This document shows positions 32,199 to 45,000 of a stretch of 64,000 bases of DNA, piece by piece. Both the position numbers and the translations under genes were made by a program. Source of the DNA: Rhizodiscina lignyota (taxonomy: Eukaryota); assembly GCA_010015805.1 (NCBI GenBank), contig ML978123.1, forward strand, positions 1,054,001 through 1,118,000, in the 5' to 3' direction. The notes under the pieces were generated by a model. That model worked only from the letters and a program-made list of their open reading frames with translations. It did not search any database and was not told the DNA's origin. The number at the start of each line of letters is the position of its first letter. Within the stretch, counting starts at the first letter, position 1.

Positions 32199-33295
32199 CT
32201 ACTCCTCAGCTGATGCTTCCTCGGGCGCTTCCTCAGGTGGTTCAAATGCGCCAGGTGGTGACTCGGTCTCTGGCTCTGGCTCTGGTTCAGCTGCTGGTTC
32301 ATCCTCTGGCTCGGGTTCAGGCGCCGGTTCATCTTCTGGCTCGGCCTCAGGTGCAGGCTCGTCCTCTGGTGCAGGTTCGTCCGCTGGTGCAGGTTCTTCC
32401 TCTGGTTCCGGTTCGGCTTCAGGTTCGGCTTCCGGTTCGGCCTCTGGTTCGGCCTCTGGCTCTGGCTCTGGCTCTGGCTCTGCGGCGGGTTCAGGCTCGG
32501 CCTCTTCTTCAGGTTCAGCCGGTGGTGTGATGTCGACGACGTCGGGCTCTTCCGGTGGAGGAGTCTCCGGCAGTATTTCGACTTCTGGTGGTTCGGCATC
32601 GATAACCTCTTCTGGTTCGGCTTCGTCGGCTGGGGGGGGAAAGTCAATCACTTCGACCGGGGGCTGCTCGTCGAGAGGCTCTTCAGGCACGGGCTCACCG
32701 ATGGCAATTGTCGTAGTTGGCGAGGACGTGGCACTGGATGATTTCGCATCGTGGAACTCATCGACAGATTCGAGCGCCTCCTCGACCTCTTCAGCTTCTT
32801 CCTCGACCTTGTCTTCTGCAACCTGGATCTCATCCTCTGCTAGGTCTTCAATGATTGTGGCTTGGACGGGCTCTTCCGTGTCGGTGACGATGACTGCTGG
32901 AGCGGTTGAGGAGCGGCGCCTGGTGGAGTGCCTGCTGATGATCGGAGTTGGGTCATCCTCAACGACCTCTTCGATAGGCTCAGGGTCGACGGCTTGGACG
33001 GGCTTTTCCAGAACTACTTCGACGGCAGGCTCTTCCTCCTGGTGATGACATGGTTAGTAATTTCGTGATGATTTACAAGACGGGCTTTGTGAGAGTTAGA
33101 TGGTACCTCTACGATTTTCTTTTTCTTCTCCTTCTTGTTCACGATGAGAAAAGCGTGAATCACACCGGGGATCCAGCCCAGAGCAGTGAGCAGGAGGTTG
33201 ACCCAGAAGTCTTTACCATAGCGGTATTGGCTCAAGACCACTGCGAGAGGAGGGAGGAATATACAGAGGAGAATGATGCAGGCGCCGTTGGCCAT
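32199..33295 (-). CDS. Pmp3/UPF0057 proteolipid domain fused to a long Glu/Pro-rich tail (2 exons, 342 aa)
   Basis: Exon 1 33295..33107 (IFLPPLAV...[16 protein letters not shown]); intron 33106..33039 (GTACCA...CTAAC...CAG); exon 2 open from 33038 to the TAG at 32199. Confidence 0.85.
32265..32520 (-). repeat. Coding low-complexity repeats (EP)n/(PEAE)n/(DEPAPE)n
   Basis: Tandem 6-, 12- and 18-bp units such as TCTGGC and GGTTCGGCYTCY on the + strand. Confidence 0.85.
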
Positions 33296-33777
33296 GTTGA
33301 AGAGGATGGTGAGGATAAGTATGAAGGAGTGGAATGGCTGTGTGCTGGTAGTCGGCGCCGCTGTCGCCGTACCGAGAAGGGGAAATGAGTGACTTGGGAG
33401 GATGAATGCTTTTATTGATGTGCATGAAAAGAAGAAGAGAAGTTGTGGGAGACGAAGATAAACATATTCATCGCGCCATCAACCCAGCTATCTACTGGGG
33501 CAAGAAAGATGCGCAGCCAAACAACGATGTGCTAGCAAAAGGCAGGTTCAAAGTCTAGACCGACGCCGTTGTAAGTGGAAGGAGCTCCCAATTCGTTGCT
33601 TTGAATGCGATGCGAAGACACAGACACGGAAAGAATGGAGCAAAAATGCGACTGATCAAAGCGCTCTTGTTTTGAGCGTGAACTCCATGCCTTCCTCTAA
33701 GAGTTCCAGATCTAGAAAAAGGCCATTAAAGTGTCCAACTGCAAGGCCGAAGCAGTGATATTACATGGTCAAAAAGG

Positions 33778-34807
33778 TCAGTCAAACATAGAGGACATTG
33801 CTTTCTGCGCTAATTCCACACCCAAAAACGTCGCCGCGTTTGCTGGAACCGCTCGTGCAAGAGCAGGTCCGAAGCCAGGGAAAAAGGCTTTGATGCCGCC
33901 TCTCCCGTATACTTCTCGCACAACACCGCTGATTGTTGGCTTTCCCTCAGCGGTTTGTATTCTGCTCTTGATCGTGTCCACTGGGAAGACGGGAATCCAC
34001 ATTGCTACACCCGCGGCACCTCCTGCTACCATGACTGCAGAGAGACTGAGCTTTTGCGGTACACCATGCTCATCCTTGGGCGTTAACTTGCGCTTTATGA
34101 TCTCATATGTTGCAAAGTATGCCGCCGAACCGGGACCGTCTCGAGCGAGAGTCATCGCACTGCCGCGGAATACACTCTTGATACCCCCCTCTTTGTACAG
34201 CTGTCGCACAACGTCGACACCACCAGCATATTTCGGCTTCTCACCCGGCGCCAATTGCTTTTGTCCTTGTATTTGTAGGAGTACTTTGACGCGTTCGAAC
34301 GGGGCGGTGATGATAGTCATGGGGATAGCGGAGAAGAAACCGGCTGCGGAGACCTGGGCGACGCTGTACTGATCATTTTTGACTTCTGAGAAGGATTTGA
34401 CGAGTTGTTTTCCCAAATCGTATCCCTGGATCTAGTCAGTCTTGTGCGTACAGAATTGTCGTGAGAGAGCTGCATACCCAAAAGCTCACAGCGAACATGG
34501 GCGTTACTCCAACCAGTGGCGCAGAGACACCAGCATACAAGCCTCTTGCTAGACCTTCACGTGCAACTGTTTTCCTCACAACATCCATCGCCCCGCTGTA
34601 GACCCCCTTCTCCGCAGTCTGTAGCCGCACCTTCACAAGGTCGAACGGATGGCCCACAACGACCGCGCATATGCCACCAACGCCGCCTGCCACCAGCGCT
34701 CGCAAGCTCTGCAGCGAGCTCTTCGTCGCCTGTGCTACATCCTCCTTGAGCTCTTCTTTCGAGGGTATATGGTCAGGCTTTGGGATTGCGTCGGAGATGG
34801 AGGGCAT
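33778..34807 (-). CDS. CRC1: Mitochondrial carnitine/acylcarnitine carrier (2 exons)
   Basis: Intron 34477..34426; three carrier signatures HPFDLVKVRLQ, APFERVKVLLQ and FPVDTIKSRIQ; RAVPANAATF motif. Confidence 0.93.
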
Positions 34808-35828
34808 CGCGTGCACGGATGGGGAAGGGTTGGGCGACAGGGTTCGCCAGAAGATTTCCGTACGTCCGAATGCCCAATCAATTGGCTTTCAAATGGGAAT
34901 CCCAGAGTGGTAAGGACAGAAAGAAATGTTTCAAAGTTTAAGGGAACTGAATATTGACAAAAGTAGGGAGTGGTGGCTGTATGTAGAAAAGTTGGTTGAA
35001 GATAATCGGCTCCCCAGCTCCTCGGTAGAGAGGAAAAGCTGCCGAACGAGACGCGTCCAATGGCTGGGCCCATTTCGCCGACGACGCGTGAAATCGCTGC
35101 CTTTTCACACTCGCATCATCGTGCATAACCGCGGCCAACAAAGGAAAAGAGCGGCTCTGGGGAAAGCTACATGTGATGCATCTCCACATTCTCTCCCGGA
35201 GCCCTAGACTCGTCAATTCAGTCGGTGATGGCTCGGTTTGAAGGGCTGGCAGTTCTTCTTCTAGCCCCTTTGCGTCCAAGCCATTGACTTGACCTCCGTT
35301 TCGCCTACTATCTATTCTCTAAGATCCAGTGGTTGCCTTCGACCTACTCCCCAAACCTTGTCCTGCCTCTCGCTCTCTCCTGACTTTTTCGTTCAACATG
35401 TGTTCAGCATTGAGAACTTCGAAAATATCGACCAATGCCTTTGCCTATCCTTTTAACCAACTGCCTGCCTTAAAGAAGAACTGTATTTGAGTTCTGTATT
35501 TCTTGGGCCCACTAGCAAATTCGGAGATTGGGATTAGGCAGACTGATGCCGGAAAGACTTCGTGAGAACTTCGCTGTAATTTTGATGTATGTATGGATAC
35601 AGTGGGTTTTCCTCGTAGCCAACCTCGTCCAAGGACTGCTTCTGGTACATAGATACATAGACGGTGATATTCTCAGCTTGCCGTTTCCGGGAAGCTTTTC
35701 CGCACGCTGTACGTATCTATCCCGCTCCTCCTTGTCGGCCTCAGGGCTAAGTACCCGAGCTACAAGTACGTCAGTCAGATAACTCCTCAGGGCTCTTCTA
35801 TCGCCATACTTCCCTCTCAACATTAAAA

Positions 35829-36951
35829 ATGAAAATAAGCCAGGTAGCGTCGACACGATTTATAACTTCTGACGAGGGGTACTGACACTAGTAGCTATAT
35901 ACTTATCCAGTCAAATCGCTTCGAGGGATCTCTGTCACAGAGGCCGAAGCAGCCCGAAATGGCTTCACGTATGACAGAAGATTTATGTTAGTCAAGGTGG
36001 AGGAGTACCAGGGCCTTCCACATCGCAACATGCACCTCACTTATTTTCCGGAGATGGTGCTCTTTACTACAGCCCTAGAATTGCCGGAAGATACCAGTGA
36101 CCCTGGGAGATTGATAATCACGTTCAATCCCCCGGAAGGAAATCCAAGATCGTTAACTGTACCATTGGCTCCGGAAGCCAATGGTCTAGAGGAAATCGAT
36201 ATCGACATGCATGGAAGCACCACGAGGGGAGTCGATATAGGAGCAACATACAACTCCTGGTTCTCGTCCTGTTTTGGTTTCGACGTCAAGTTTGTCTACC
36301 TCGGGCCGAATTGGAGACCAGTTCTAATGACGACGACTACTCCCCAAGTGCAACCCTCTTCATGGCTCTCGTCGATAACCAGCAACATTCCTTTACTTGG
36401 CAACGGAAAGAAGGAAGAGGAACGGATCTCATTTGCAGACTGCGCACCATATCTTGTTACATCGGAAAAATCGCTCGAGAACGTGTCATCCAGACTGGAG
36501 GGAGAAGAGATGCCGATGATCAAATTCCGGCCGAATGTCGTCGTTTCAGGGGCAAGTGACCATTGGGAAGAAGACTTCTGGAATGAAATTGCTATCGGAG
36601 AAGAGGGCGAAGTCCGTATTGTGCTGGCGCAGAACTGTGCGAGATGTGCGAGCATCAATATCGATTACGCAACTGGCAAACCTGGCACAGGGGACGGTGG
36701 GAAGGTATTGAAGAAATTGCAGAGCGACAGACGAGTAGACCGTGGGGCCAAGTACAGTCCAGTATTCGGGCGATATGGTTTTGTCACCCAGAATGTTGCA
36801 CTGAAGGGCAAGATAAGAGTTGGCGATGATGTCCGTGTTGTCGGACGGAATGACAAGCATACAGTATTTGGTAAGTCTGAAGGCTGTCGAGTCAGGATGA
36901 TAACTGACGCGAGTTCTCCCCCAAGATTGGCCGGGCTTGACCACGGCATGA
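35829..36951 (+). CDS. MOSC-domain (mARC-like) protein (3 exons)
   Basis: MKISQ|LYTYPVKSLRG...DRRFML via intron 35844..35894; FADCAPYL, KFRPNVVV and NCARC; intron 36871..36925 gives a DWPGLTTA* end. Confidence 0.88.
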
Positions 36952-37425
36952 ATTACAGATCCTACAAATTCACCACCTCTAAGCAAGACTGAGTAGTAGT
37001 CTCTGCCACCATGGGAACAACGTTCGAATCAATACGTTGGCGCTTTAAGTGGATACAACGCACATTCGAAGCACCCGTCTCACAAACGGCCGCCGCTAAT
37101 GTGTGTAGTATGAGTCTGAAATTTCAGCTTTTTCGACGTCGTACTGGCTTTGACAAAGATCAATGTGTAGTAAGGTATTTGTATTTTCACAAGTTAGTCC
37201 AAGAACATAGAGCAGACCCCGCGCAAAGTTAAACGCCTCCTCCGTCAACAGTGCCCTTCACGCTTATCGACCAGATTTCTCTATTCACAGGTATCTAAAG
37301 GTGGTGTTCGAAGCACGAATGAAGGTCATGTGCCCCCATGCTATTTTCGGACGTCCTTACTTCCGTCCAGCAACTGCCTGATGCGCCTCGTCCTTACACT
37401 CGAGCTTGCAGTTTGTGCACCACCA

Positions 37426-38990
37426 CTAGCTCAAACCTTGATAACCAATACCATCTCCGCATCTTCCGCATTTGAGCCTTTGTCCTGCCAGATGTCTCAA
37501 CTCGGCGGTTTGCCTCATCCGAAGTATCTCATCCCTCTCCGCGGGCGTACGGTGGAAGCAGTGCCTGCAAACTCTAATGTCCTGTCGAGATGTCGTAAGC
37601 GGTGTGGTTGACACAATACTAGACGAAGAGCAGGAACAGTAAGGCGGCCGACGGAAGCCTCCAAGTTCGTTGAGGGAGAGCCTGTAACACTTCGAGCAGT
37701 ACGGAACGCAGCGGCCAATGTGATCACCGCTCGGAGACTGCCCAGTGATGATGCAACTACAAACCCCGAGAGCCATTGGGATTGAGATTGACTTGCTTAT
37801 CATTATACGCGCACTTCCATCGCAGATTTGAGTGTTGCAGGACGAGCACAAGGTCTTGTAATTGCCAAAGCAGGACGCTATTCGCAATATCTGTGCATGG
37901 TGAGGAAGCAGCGCAGAGCGGATGGCTTTGCAACCCAAGCTGAGGCTGATGATCTCATCATAATGCAAATTCCCGCCTAACGACATGAGAATGCGCTCCC
38001 CCGAAGCATCTTCGGCGACGATCCCGATGAATTTCTCGATATGAGACTTGGCCGGAATCGTCCAAGGCTTTAAATCTGGTGATTCGAATCCCAGTTTTTT
38101 GCCTAAAAAGTGAAGTTCCGTTACATCACTTGCGTCGTTCAGAACCTGAGGCGTCAGCCGAAGGTCTTTTTCCAAGTCTACTTGCTGTCGTCTGCTTATT
38201 CTTCGGCCACGCCAGTACCGAGATATAAAACGGATTTCAGGAGCCAGTCGCCGAGGGATGAAGGTGAGGGTCTTCCATAAACCCTTCAGGATGGTGCCGG
38301 CCAACTTGACAGGAAATACACAAAGGAGATTGACGCAGTCCATGGCAGAGCCATCAGCTTTTGCCGCGCCAACGAGGAGTCCCACTATAGCAGCGACGAG
38401 CGAGAGGATGCTAAGAGACGGGTTAGACTCGACCTCATACACTCAATATGCGGAAAGCGTACCCCATGACGATTGTCCAAATCCAAACTGTCACAAAGTC
38501 TTCGCATGCCTGATGTGGAGACTTCTTCTCCAGTTTACCGACTGCGTGGAAAAGATCCGAGGACTCTGCGGACGAGCACCCGCTCAAAGTTCCAGGGAGA
38601 TATGTAGCTTGGATGGCAGCAGCGGCAAGCAAACATCCAGAGAAGGTCGTGTCGATTATGAGAGATATAATGGTGAAAGCTGGCGAGGAGCCAGATTTGC
38701 CGAAGGAATTGACCCAGAGAAAGCCATCGACTGCAAAAGCGATGAAGCACCATGCTATGCCCAAAACTCCCTATACGCCGTTCAGTTAACAGACATGACA
38801 GCGAAGACTATTTGAAACTGACAACGATACCAGCGAGGGCTTGGCCTGTGAAGAGATTCGAGGGATAAGGAGCAACTTTGAGCTCATCGTGGCCCTTGAT
38901 GGTAGTATACATTGTAATTGCGCTGAATCCAAAGTATCCCCAAGGGACCCAGGAAACCCATCTGACTATACTTGTCGGAGTGAAACCCAT
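37426..38990 (-). CDS. Hypothetical multi-pass membrane protein with Cys-rich C-terminal region (stop may be premature)
   Basis: ATG 38990; introns 38822..38771 and 38462..38411 join three ORFs in frame; about 4 hydrophobic segments, then several CxxC pairs; coding-like sequence continues past the TAG to a TAA at 37357. Confidence 0.75.
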
Positions 38991-39724
38991 TGAGCAGTTT
39001 ATGAGAAACTTTAATTCAAAGGAGATCAGTCGTACTCTATACAGGATAGGAAGCAGCGAGAGATATCGGTGCACATATCAACTTAGAAACTGTAGTATAC
39101 AAAACTCTAAGATAGTCAGGCTGGTCAGGCTGGTGCCAAAGGAAAGGCTGCAAGGCGTTCTTGGGTGACACCATCTCGTTAACTAGAACTCACCAGGTGT
39201 GGCTGAGCTTTTATTAGTTCCTTGTGGGGGTTGGCCGCCGGCAAAGATTCAATTGGCTTGATACAAGCCACAGCGAACTGAGATAAAGTAAAACCTTACC
39301 AAATTTACACAGTTCGAGAGAATAGTTCTAAGGTGTTGCTTTTTACAGGAAACGAGACCGTGGGGCCGCGGCCTTCAAAGCCCTGAACAGTACGATAATG
39401 ATGACTGGCCTCTGCTAACATAAACTAAACCTTCAGAGACATTATCGCCTACCTTGGCATGCAAGAAAGAGGTGCTCGTTCGATGTTGGAATCTAACCGA
39501 TACCCAACTACTTTGGAGGATTTGTAGTACTCGCGAGATTGTGGCACCTACTCAGACCGCGGTCTCCGAAACGCCACTTGCCAAGCTCTCGCACGTGAAG
39601 TCGCGATTTCAGGCGTCTGCGCCAAGCTTTCATCCAACATCTACCTCGACCTTTTAGAGGTGACAAGCTTGCCTTTTTTCTGCACTTTTCTGCCGTGTGC
39701 AGCAGCAGAATACAATCTCCCAAG

Positions 39725-42163
39725 ATGAGGTTCCACATAGAGTACGCATATTAACCCTTCATCGATGCATGTGGGCTCACACTTCTTAGTGACTTGGAAG
39801 TTCTCTTCCCTTATCCACGCATATACCCTGAACAATATGCATATATGTGCGATCTCAAACGGACACTGGATGCGGGTGGACACTGTGTACTGGAGATGCC
39901 TTCAGGCACAGGTAAAACTGTGTCTCTCCTGTCCTTGATCGTGGCATATCAGCAGCATCACCCGGAGGGGCGAAAGCTCATCTATTGCTCACGTACCATG
40001 TCCGAGATTGAGAAGGCGCTTGCCGAACTGAAAGCGCTCATGAAGTACCGCACTGAGCAGCTAGGTTATGAAGAAGAATTCCGAGGCTTGGGCTTGACCA
40101 GCAGAAAGAACCTATGCTTGCACCCTAGCGTGAAGCGGGAGAAGAGCGGTAGCGTTGTCGACGCAAGATGTCGAAGTTTAACAGCAGGCTTCGTGAAAGA
40201 GAAGAAGGAGAGGGGAGAGGATGTCGAGATGTGCATATACCATGACAACCTTGATCTCCTGGAACCGCATAACCTAATCCCAGCTGGAGTATGGACATTG
40301 GACGGTCTGCTCCGATATGGAGAGCAGCACAAGCAGTGCCCATATTTCACGGCCCGTCGAATGATGCCATATTGCAACGTCATCATATATTCGTATCACT
40401 ACCTCTTGGATCCGAAAATCGCGGAGCGCGTGTCGAAAGAGCTGTCAAAGGACTGCATTGTCGTCTTTGACGAAGCTCATAACATCGATAACGTGTGCAT
40501 CGAATCACTCAGCATAGACCTGACGGAAGACTCGTTACGGAAAGCTACAAGAGGTGCCAACAATCTGGACCGCAAGATTACCGAGATGAAGTCAACGGAC
40601 GCGGAGAAATTGCAGAGCGAGTATGCAAAGCTCGTTGAAGGGCTGCGGGAGGCGGACGAAGCTCGAGATGACGGCACATTCATGTCAAACCCTGCGTTAC
40701 CTGACGATCTGCTGAAAGAAGCGGTACCGGGAAACATTAGGAGAGCGGAACATTTTGTCTCGTTCTTGAAGCGATTTATCGAATACCTGAAGACGCGCAT
40801 GAAAGTATTGCACGTTATCTCAGAAACTCCGCCGTCATTCCTCAATCACCTCAAGGAACTGACCTTTATCGAACGAAAGCCATTACGTTTCTGCGCGGAA
40901 AGACTCACATCCCTCGTTAGGACATTGGAACTCACGAACATTGAAGATTACCAACCATTGCAGGAAGTTGCGACATTTGCGACTCTTGCTGCTACATACG
41001 ACAAGGGATTTCTGCTCATCCTGGAGCCTTACGAGTCAGAAACTGCAACAGTTCCAAATCCGATCCTACATTTTACCTGTCTTGATGCCGCAATAGCAAT
41101 CAAGCCAGTCTTTGAACGGTTTAGTTCTGTCATCATAACGTCTGGAACCATTTCGCCCCTCGAAATGTACCCCAAAATGCTCGGGTTTACTACTGTCGTA
41201 CAAGAGTCTTACACCATGACGCTTGCGCGAAAATCTTTCCTTCCCATGATCGTCACTCGCGGTAGTGACCAAGGTACAATAAGCTCCGGTTTCCAGATCC
41301 GCAACGACCCAAGTGTTGTTCGCAACTACGGCAACCTCCTCACAGAGTTCTGCAAGCTCACCCCCGACGGCGTTGTCGTTTTCTTTCCCTCATATCTCTA
41401 TATGGAATCCATCATCAGCATGTGGCAAGGCATGGGCATCCTGGACACGGTGTGGAAATACAAACTCATTCTCGTCGAAACGCCCGACTCTCAAGAAACA
41501 TCTCTTGCGCTCGAAACTTATCGAACTGCCTGCAACAATGGCAGAGGAGCCGTGCTGCTGTGTGTTGCGCGCGGCAAGGTGAGCGAAGGGATAGATTTCG
41601 ACCACCACTACGGTCGGACAGTCATTTGCATTGGCGTTCCATTTCAATACACGGAATCCCGCATTCTCAAGGCACGACTGGAATTCCTGCGCGAGACATA
41701 CCGGATACGAGAAAATGATTTTCTCTCCTTCGACGCTATGCGGCATGCTGCACAGTGCTTGGGACGCGTGTTACGTGGAAAGGACGACTACGGAATCATG
41801 GTTTTGGCAGACCGTCGGTTTCAGAAGAAGCGGAACCAGCTGCCAAAGTGGATACAGCAGTCACTTCCCGACAGCGAGACAAGTCTATCCGTTGATCAGG
41901 CGACAGCAGTTGCGAAGAAATTCTTGAAGAGCATGAGCGTGCCGTATCCGCGCCATCTGCAGGAAGGTATCAGTACCTGGGATCTGGATGACCTGAAGCG
42001 ACACAAAGCGAAAGCACAGGAAGAAGAAATTCGAATGCTTCAAGCGCAGCAAGAAGAGATGGTACAGATGCAAATTCAACAGAATGGAGCCAATTACTCG
42101 AAGCAGAATGAGTTTGATATCGACGACGACGACGAACAGGCCATGATGGAATTGGATGGTTGA
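39725..42163 (+). CDS. RAD3: TFIIH DNA helicase XPD/Rad3 (2 exons)
   Basis: ATG 39725; intron 39742..39789; EMPSGTGKT Walker A, Fe-S cysteines, FDEAHNID, TSGT, SEGIDF and QCLGRVLR. Confidence 0.98.
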
Positions 42164-42595
42164 GATGCTCAACACGCTTCGGTGTATTCTCGGTCAGTCT
42201 TTCCACACGGAATGAAAACTTGCGCAGCATTTGGAGCATTCGCTTGAATTTCAATGACCGCATAGTTCTAGGGGGAAACAAAGCACATTTGAGGCTGAAA
42301 ATGCTTCTGTGTAGGCGCAAGCGACGATATATATGTTTCCCCGGAGATGCAAGTCGGGAGATCTGCACATGGCACAAGAGCTGGCCCTTCACCACATTAG
42401 GATCGGGAAGCGAACTAGTGTCGTGATTTCTATCCAATCATATATTTACGGTTTGGTAATTAGTATCCAATTTCGACATGTCACATCGGAATGTCTTTCG
42501 CGGCTACGCATGACTTCACAAATTGTGCGGCGGTGCCGGAAACATGAATATGACTCTCGTACCTCATCTTTTGTCGCGAAGTTAGCTATGCCACA

Positions 42596-44228
42596 ATGGC
42601 TCTTCTACACGGAGGGAGAAGACCAAGCTGGTAAGGAAATAAGAAATAACATGCAGTCACACATCGAACTAACCTCCTCTTGAAGGTCGGACGTACTGTT
42701 AAGTTTCTCGCCAGCATGGTTCACAGTCTGTATGGGTAGGAGCGCCTCGCACGATCAGCCACCACAATTCATGGCTAATTTCGATCAGGAACTGGAGCCA
42801 TGCAACAGTTGCTATTCAACTTCCCATATCCCTCAACTCAGAGTCCCCAGTGGATGCGAAATCTGGGCTTCTGCTTCTGGGTTCGTTGTTCAAGCTGCCG
42901 TGGAAGCTTCGCATTAACCACCGAATAGGTGTTGGATGTCGTTCTTTTCGGCATATTCACCGTTGTGCTGGTGGCTCGCTATATGTCGTATCCCAAGCTC
43001 ATGTACAAGTCGATTTCCGAATTTCCAACATGCTCCTTTCTTGGGGCTATCCCGATCGTAAGCTGTTCTGCCGCTGTGCACTGTTCATGCTCGAGCTGAA
43101 TGCCTTCAGGCTTTTGATACCATCGTCGAAGGCGTTATTTCCTACTACGGCAAACATGATAGCGGCAAATGGGCTGCTTTCGCGTTATTTTGGGTTGCTG
43201 TTGCTATGACTATCACAGTCAGCTTTGGTTTGCTTCTGTACCAAATGATAAGCTCAAGAAGGCGTCGCATCGAAGACGTCGCAGGACTGTAAGCAAAACT
43301 CTGTGTGCCAGTATGCAGGGAAACTGATCTGCCGGACAGGTGGTTGATGACTGCAGCTCCTGTCGTTATTGTTGCTGCCCTCGGCTCAAACATGAGCACC
43401 CAGTTCAGCGAGAAAGTCAACGTCACCGTGATGCTGGTGTCGTTCCTCCTCTGGACGTGTGGGTTGATGCTCGTTCATCTTGTTATGATGTGTTACTTCT
43501 GGCGTCTGGTAGCATACGGACTACCCTCTGAGCAATTACTTCCCTCCTCTTTTTTGCCTATGGCTCCTCTAAGTGAGTTTTTGATTGCATACATGACGGT
43601 GACGTCCACTAATCTCTTTCTCACAGGCCAAGGGGCATCAGGTGGGCTGCAGCTCTCAATAGCTTTCTCAACATACCTGCAGTCCTCCGACTTTACACTT
43701 ACCCAATCCACTCCGGTACAGTTCCCTGCTGTTGCTGTGATCGCTGTTGCGGAGTCCGTACATTGGGCCGGCGTTCTCGCCGCACTTGCCCTTCTCGCCT
43801 ATGCCACATTTTGGCTGATCGAAGCATCACTTGCCATGAGTTACAAGCGTCCCAGATCGTTCTCGATAGGAATGTGGAGCCTCACGTTCCCGTACGCTTC
43901 ATATACATCCGCCTGGGCGTTACTTGCAAAAGATCTGCGAAATCACGGGATGGCGGGATTTGCAGCCGCAAACACAGTAATTGCATCTCTGGTGTGGCTG
44001 TTCTGCGCAGGCATGACGATTCGAAACACGGTGTTCACGGGACAACTTTTCATCTTCGTCGCCGCTGCGGATGGGGAGGCCAGTCTGCAAAGACGAAATG
44101 GTGTGGAAAGTAAGAGAGACACTGAACAGAAAGAGACACACCTCATGGACGAAATGAATGGCAATGCTGGCGGGTCACGCACCCCGACGCAAAGCGAGCA
44201 CGGGAGCGGTTTTAAATTAGATGAATAG
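42596..44228 (+). CDS. TDT/SLAC1-family transporter (Ssu1/Mae1-like; 7 exons)
   Basis: Introns 42631..42685, 42736..42788, 42881..42928, 43058..43109, 43289..43339 and 43573..43626 give one frame; FSPAWFTVCMGTG, FLPMAPL and FSIGMWSLTFP motifs. Confidence 0.88.
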
Positions 44229-45000
44229 ACCAAAAAGTACTATAAAGTCATTTATTAACGTGACGGAGTAGAAAAAAAGCTAGTCACCTCCACCTCCATC
44301 TCCATCTCCGCCACCATCACCGTCATCGCCACCTCCATCTCCTCCGTCGTCCTGCATTTGTCAGCGCAGGTTGATGGATGCGTGGGATGTCGACTTATAC
44401 TGATGAGGTATTTATGTACTACGTAATAGCTTCGATGACTGAACGTGTTTGACGATAAAATTCGGATCAGCGTCGGTGGTAATATTAGATGATTATCAGT
44501 GGGGCTTCATAACCCTGATAGAAGGCTCTCGAGCTTTCAACCCCCAAAACTACATAGACTTGGAAGACTGCATCAAGTATGATAAGCACGGGTCATTTCT
44601 TAATATATTGGTATCTCTTAGAAGTTGATTATGTATAAAGGCTAAGGATAAAGCATTCCAAAATCCACTGCGCACCTCAGCGAAGCCATGCTAGCAGGTG
44701 AACGTTTGATATCAAAGCCAGATGAGCAATAACTATGAACCATACTCAACGCTGTCATGATAGATAAAAATACATATGTACCGAGTCATTCTCATTACTT
44801 TGACCCTTTTCCAGCTCCTGTTGCTAAGCCCTGACCTCTAGTCGACATTGGCCGCCCAAAAACGATGGTTGAATTGGGTATCACGAATCGAAGTTCTTCC
44901 GCGCTGAGCTCATCATTCGTTCCAGTGTTCTTATTACCACTTCTATTCCTCTCATTATGTTGCCTGTGCTTCACAATCTCTGCTCTTCTCCTACTTGGTT

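Noticed and set aside
32107..33045. 312-aa Ser/Gly-rich ORF on the + strand
   Set aside because: Antisense shadow of the Glu/Pro repeat exon; it starts at GTG, and the minus frame has splice support and a Pmp3 domain.
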